A stretch of DNA of 64,000 bases from Phyllosticta citribraziliensis (Eukaryota). Positions 60,552 to 64,000 of the stretch are shown piece after piece. Both the position numbers and the translations under genes were made by a program. The stretch spans positions 1,178,001 to 1,242,000 of the forward strand of contig NW_027117338.1 of NCBI RefSeq assembly GCF_038025025.1. The letters are read 5' to 3'. Position 1 is the first letter of the stretch. Each line of letters starts with the position of its first letter. Below the pieces are notes generated by a model that saw only the letters and a program-made list of their open reading frames with translations, was not told where the DNA came from and made no database searches.

Positions 60552-62820
60552 ATGGCTGCAATCCTTCCCTTCCGGGACATCAATGTCCACGCGTCGCCCT
60601 CGTACTACGCCTTCTCCTCGCCCTCCTCGCCCTCTGCGCCCACTCTGGTCGTCGATAGACCCTCGGGCGACCTACGCCTCAACGATGGCAAGCTACTCGG
60701 GGGCCAGCGCGTTTCAAGCATCGCCGGCGTGCTCGGAATGATCAAGTTGCGCCTAGGTACACTCCAAGCTCCGAGAAGTTGATGAGGAGGAGCGCTCACC
60801 GTCAATGGCGCAGACAAATATATCATCGTCATAACCAAGGCCCAGCCCGTTGGTAGACTCAAGGGCCACATGGTCTACAAAGTCGCCGCGACCGAATTCC
60901 TGCCCCTGCGCGAGCGCCCGCTTCACGACCATGACGAGGACACCTACCTCTCCTACCTCAAAACGCTGTTGAAGCAGGGGCCCACGTACTTTTGCTACTC
61001 GCTTGACATCACCAACAGCTTCCAGAGGCAGGCCGAGAGTGACTACACCCAGCCACTGTGGAAGCGCGCCGACGACCGATTCTTCTGGAACCGCTTCATA
61101 CAGTCCGACCTCATTGACTTCCGCAATGGCGGAACAAACGCGTCTGGCTTCCGCGCCGCCACGGGTCCACAAAAGGACGTTGATCCCTTCATCCTGCCAG
61201 TCATGTTTGGCATGCTCGAAATCAAAAACACCTCCATCAAGGGCAACCCTCTTACGTTTGCCTTGATCACGCGACGCTCGAGGCACCGGGCTGGAACCCG
61301 ATACTTCTCTCGCGGGGTCGACGAGAATGGAAATGTTTCCAATTTCAACGAGACGGAAGAGGTTATCATCCTCAATGACGACGCTTCCAGCGGACTTGGT
61401 GGATTCGCCGCAAACTCTGGGTTTCAAACGGGAAGCAAAGTTGGCAAGGAGACTCAGGTTCTGTCCTATGTCCAGACAAGAGGAAGTGTACCTGTGTACT
61501 GGGCAGAAATCAACGAACTCAAATACACGCCAAAGCTCCAGATCCGCGGAGTAGAGAGCGCGATTCCAGCCGCCCAGAGGCATTTTGACGAGCAGATCCG
61601 CCTGTACGGTGACAACTATTTGGTGAATCTGGTGAATCAAAAAGGCCGTGAAAGGGCTGTAAAGGAGGCATATGAGAAAATGGTCCAACTCTTGGTTTCT
61701 CAGCCTGCCGAAATGACTGAGAGGGACCGTCTTACGAGTGAAAAATTCACCGTCATCGAGCCACAAAAGCAATCGGACCGCTTCAGCCGGCTGCACTACA
61801 TCTACTTTGACTTTCACAACGAGACCAAGGGCTTGCGCTGGCATCGCGCCGCATTGTTACTGCAAGAACTTGAGGAAGGAATCAGGACCGGGGGGTACTT
61901 CAGGGGCGTCGACATGCCCGGCGATCCCCTTGGTCGGATGGAAGTTCGCAGTCGGCAAACTTGCGTCGTCCGGACAAACTGGTGAGCTTGAAAGAAACCC
62001 GCACTTTCGAACAAATCTGACTGCAGTAGCATGGATTGTCTGGACCGTACAAACGTCGTTCAAAGCATGCTTGGTCGGTACATGCTGAGCAGGATGCTCA
62101 TCGACCTTGGTATGCTGCGCGAAGGTGAAAATGCACAAGATGACCTTGCGTTTGAGCACTTGTTTCGCAACATCTGGGCCGACAATGCAGACGTCGTCTC
62201 CAAGTCTTACTCCGGCACCGGTGCTCTCAAGACCGATTTCACTCGTACGGGAGAGCGAACGAAAATGGGCATGTTGCAAGACCTGAACAATTCGTGCACC
62301 CGCTACGTGCGCAACAACTTTCTAGACGGCCCTCGACAGGATGCGTTTGATCTGTTCCTCGGCACCTATCTTCCTTCTCACTCCAACATTGGCAACAGTA
62401 TGCTGTTCATAGACCGAAGGCCTACTGCCATACAGGCCGTGCCTTATATCTTGGCCGGCTGTCTTTTCTTCATTTTCGTAGCCTCGTGCACAAGACGCGC
62501 CCCCGATGCCGCTGTCTGGCCCTTGAGGATTCTTGTCGTTGCAGCCTTAGTCGTCTCCCTCGTCTGCTTCCGTTTTGTCCAAGCACACGGTAGTCTCTAC
62601 GTGAGTAGCTCATTTGCAACACTTTGGAGCCAATGCTAATCGTACCTAGGTCAACTGGCCCAAGCTCAACACCCCTCCCTGGGCAGTCGACGGCTATCAA
62701 GATGCGATGAACAAGGTGCAGAAAGATCCACTTCTCGGCCCCATCGTTGCAAGGCACGAGAGAGGCAAGAGCACCATGGGCTTGGGATACCTAGAGGAGG
62801 GCAAGAAGAGGATAGAGTAG
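60552..62820 (+). CDS. SAC1: Phosphoinositide phosphatase Sac1, exons 60552-60756, 60814-61981, 62030-62600, 62650-62820; 704 aa
   Basis: RFFWN, ITRRSRHRAGTRYFSRG, QTRGSVP, RTNCMDCLDRTN (CX5R), NADVVS..YSGTGALK, two TM helices and C-terminal KKRIE. Confidence 0.95.
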
Positions 62821-63144
62821 TTTTCGACGGGTTTTACCTGGCGTTTCTCGAGAGTATTAATCTCTGGGAGTTTAGTTTAGGGTAGGCCAAAGTTCTATGG
62901 CTTGGGATACCAACAGCTTTTTTAAAAAGTAGTTTCAAAACGGGGTCTGGTTACCATCAATCACATGTGTTGTTTCTGTACCTGGTCGTGTGGCACCCTT
63001 GACGTCTGCCACTGTGGCGCCGACAACGGCCAAGCCCGAGTCCGCGGCGGCGCAAGCTCGCGTCCGAAAATCAACTTCGCGGATTGCACTGCAACCATCA
63101 CCAGCACACCATCCGACGCTCCTCCTCTCCTTCAGCAGCCCGCC

Positions 63145-64000
63145 ATGCTGCGCGTCCCCCTCTCAAGGTCAAGGCACTTGACTGCCGGTGCCATCGCACG
63201 GAGAAGCGGATCCCAATGGCTCGCTGCGCAGCGAGTGGGAGCTGCTGGCTTCGGCCAGGTACACTTATCCAACATTGAAAGAACTCCATCGACGAGGCTG
63301 ACCAATATTTCGCAACTACAGCGCCACTTTGCCGACCAGAAGAAACCTGACGAGACTGTCCTCCCCGGCTCCGAAAGCGTCCATGCGCCCCGGGCTGCTG
63401 CTCCGTCGACCTCTCCCGCACAACCCATCATCAACCCCAATGACGTACCCTTGACTCCCCCAGCTCCTGGCACAAGTGGCAGTGGCACGGGAGTGCCCAC
63501 TGGAACCGGGACTGCATCCACGGCACCTCCATCTCTGCCGCCCAAGAAGGGCCGCTTCCGCCGCTTTCTCACAACCCTGCTGCTCCTGACTGCTCTTGGC
63601 TATGGCGGTGGTGTTTACTACGCTCTTGTATCTGACAATTTCCACGACTTCTTTACAGAGTACGTTCCATTTGGCGAGGACGCCGTGGGATACTTTGAGG
63701 AGCGCCAGTTCCGGAAGCGTTTCGCCGAGGGAACGGCGGGCAGCAACAGGCTGCATCAACAGGTGCGCGGCGAAAACAAGGTCACCATCCCAAGCAAGAG
63801 CGGCTTGAGCTGGAAAGTGGCTGGCGAGGAGGAGGAAAAGCAGAAGAGTGGTCGTGCCAGTGACTTGTCGCACAAGGGCAAGCACGCCAGCGCCGTCGAA
63901 GAAACTGCAAAAGAGTCCGAGAAGAAGGCTGCCCCTTCAAAGGCCAAGAAGGAAGAGAAGAAGGAGGGCACACCTGTGGCAGCGCCCGCTGTCACCCCGA
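63145..64000 (+). CDS. MIC60: MICOS subunit Mic60 (mitofilin), 5' part only; exon 63145-63258, intron 63259-63321, exon 2 runs off the window
   Basis: Presequence MLRVPLSRSRHL..., a Pro-rich linker, and TM FLTTLLLLTALGYGGGVYYAL followed by SDNFHDFFTEYVPFGE. Absent from the ORF track because the frame is open at the window end. Confidence 0.88.
   Translation, partial: MLRVPLSRSRHLTAGAIARRSGSQWLAAQRVGAAGFGQVHLSNIERTPSTRLTNISQLQRHFADQKKPDETVLPGSESVHAPRAAAPSTSPAQPIINPNDVPLTPPAPGTSGSGTGVPTGTGTASTAPPSLPPKKGRFRRFLTTLLLLTALGYGGGVYYALVSDNFHDFFTEYVPFGEDAVGYFEERQFRKRFAEGTAGSNRLHQQVRGENKVTIPSKSGLSWKVAGEEEEKQKSGRASDLSHKGKHASAVEETAKESEKKAAPSKAKKEEKKEGTPVAAPAVTP

Noticed and set aside
1..64000. Transposons, RIP-degraded AT-rich blocks, secondary-metabolite backbone genes, CRISPR arrays, TGA-CTA read-through PTS1 extensions
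   Set aside because: None seen: no transposase/RT motifs, terminal repeats, AT-rich islands or regular spacer arrays, and the stop contexts I checked were not TGA-CTA.

Overview
Eukaryotic genomic DNA from a filamentous ascomycete (Pezizomycotina-type: GC-rich, short GT-AG introns with CTRAC/CTAAY branch sites). I reconstructed about 22 intron-aware gene models by hand, and the complete ones are frame-consistent. Most are housekeeping genes: RPS11, SPC105/KNL1, COX10, a G1 cyclin, UTP4, PNG1, a SUR7/PalI protein, an amidase, a PAP2 phosphatase, RPS2, PPZ1, an ALDH, NTM1/TAE1, FPGS/MET7, Rab5/Ypt52, SAC1 and MIC60 (truncated at the window end). There is also a divergent class-III aminotransferase / Zn2Cys6 TF pair and three orphan ORFs. 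I saw no tRNA, rRNA, transposon or CRISPR array, and no large self-contained novel system. The best leads are regulatory or isoform-level: (1) the aminotransferase and COX10 share one reading frame, separated by a single TGA and a stop-free 76-codon linker; (2) the aminotransferase/TF two-gene module; (3) a long G1-cyclin leader with three candidate splice donors; (4) a tandem splice acceptor inside the SAC1 catalytic motif; (5) a possibly multi-targeted ALDH; (6) a PNG1 lacking its catalytic Cys, with a candidate CUG-initiated extension; (7) related palindromes in both ribosomal-protein promoters. Gene identities come from my recognition of motifs, not from database searches.
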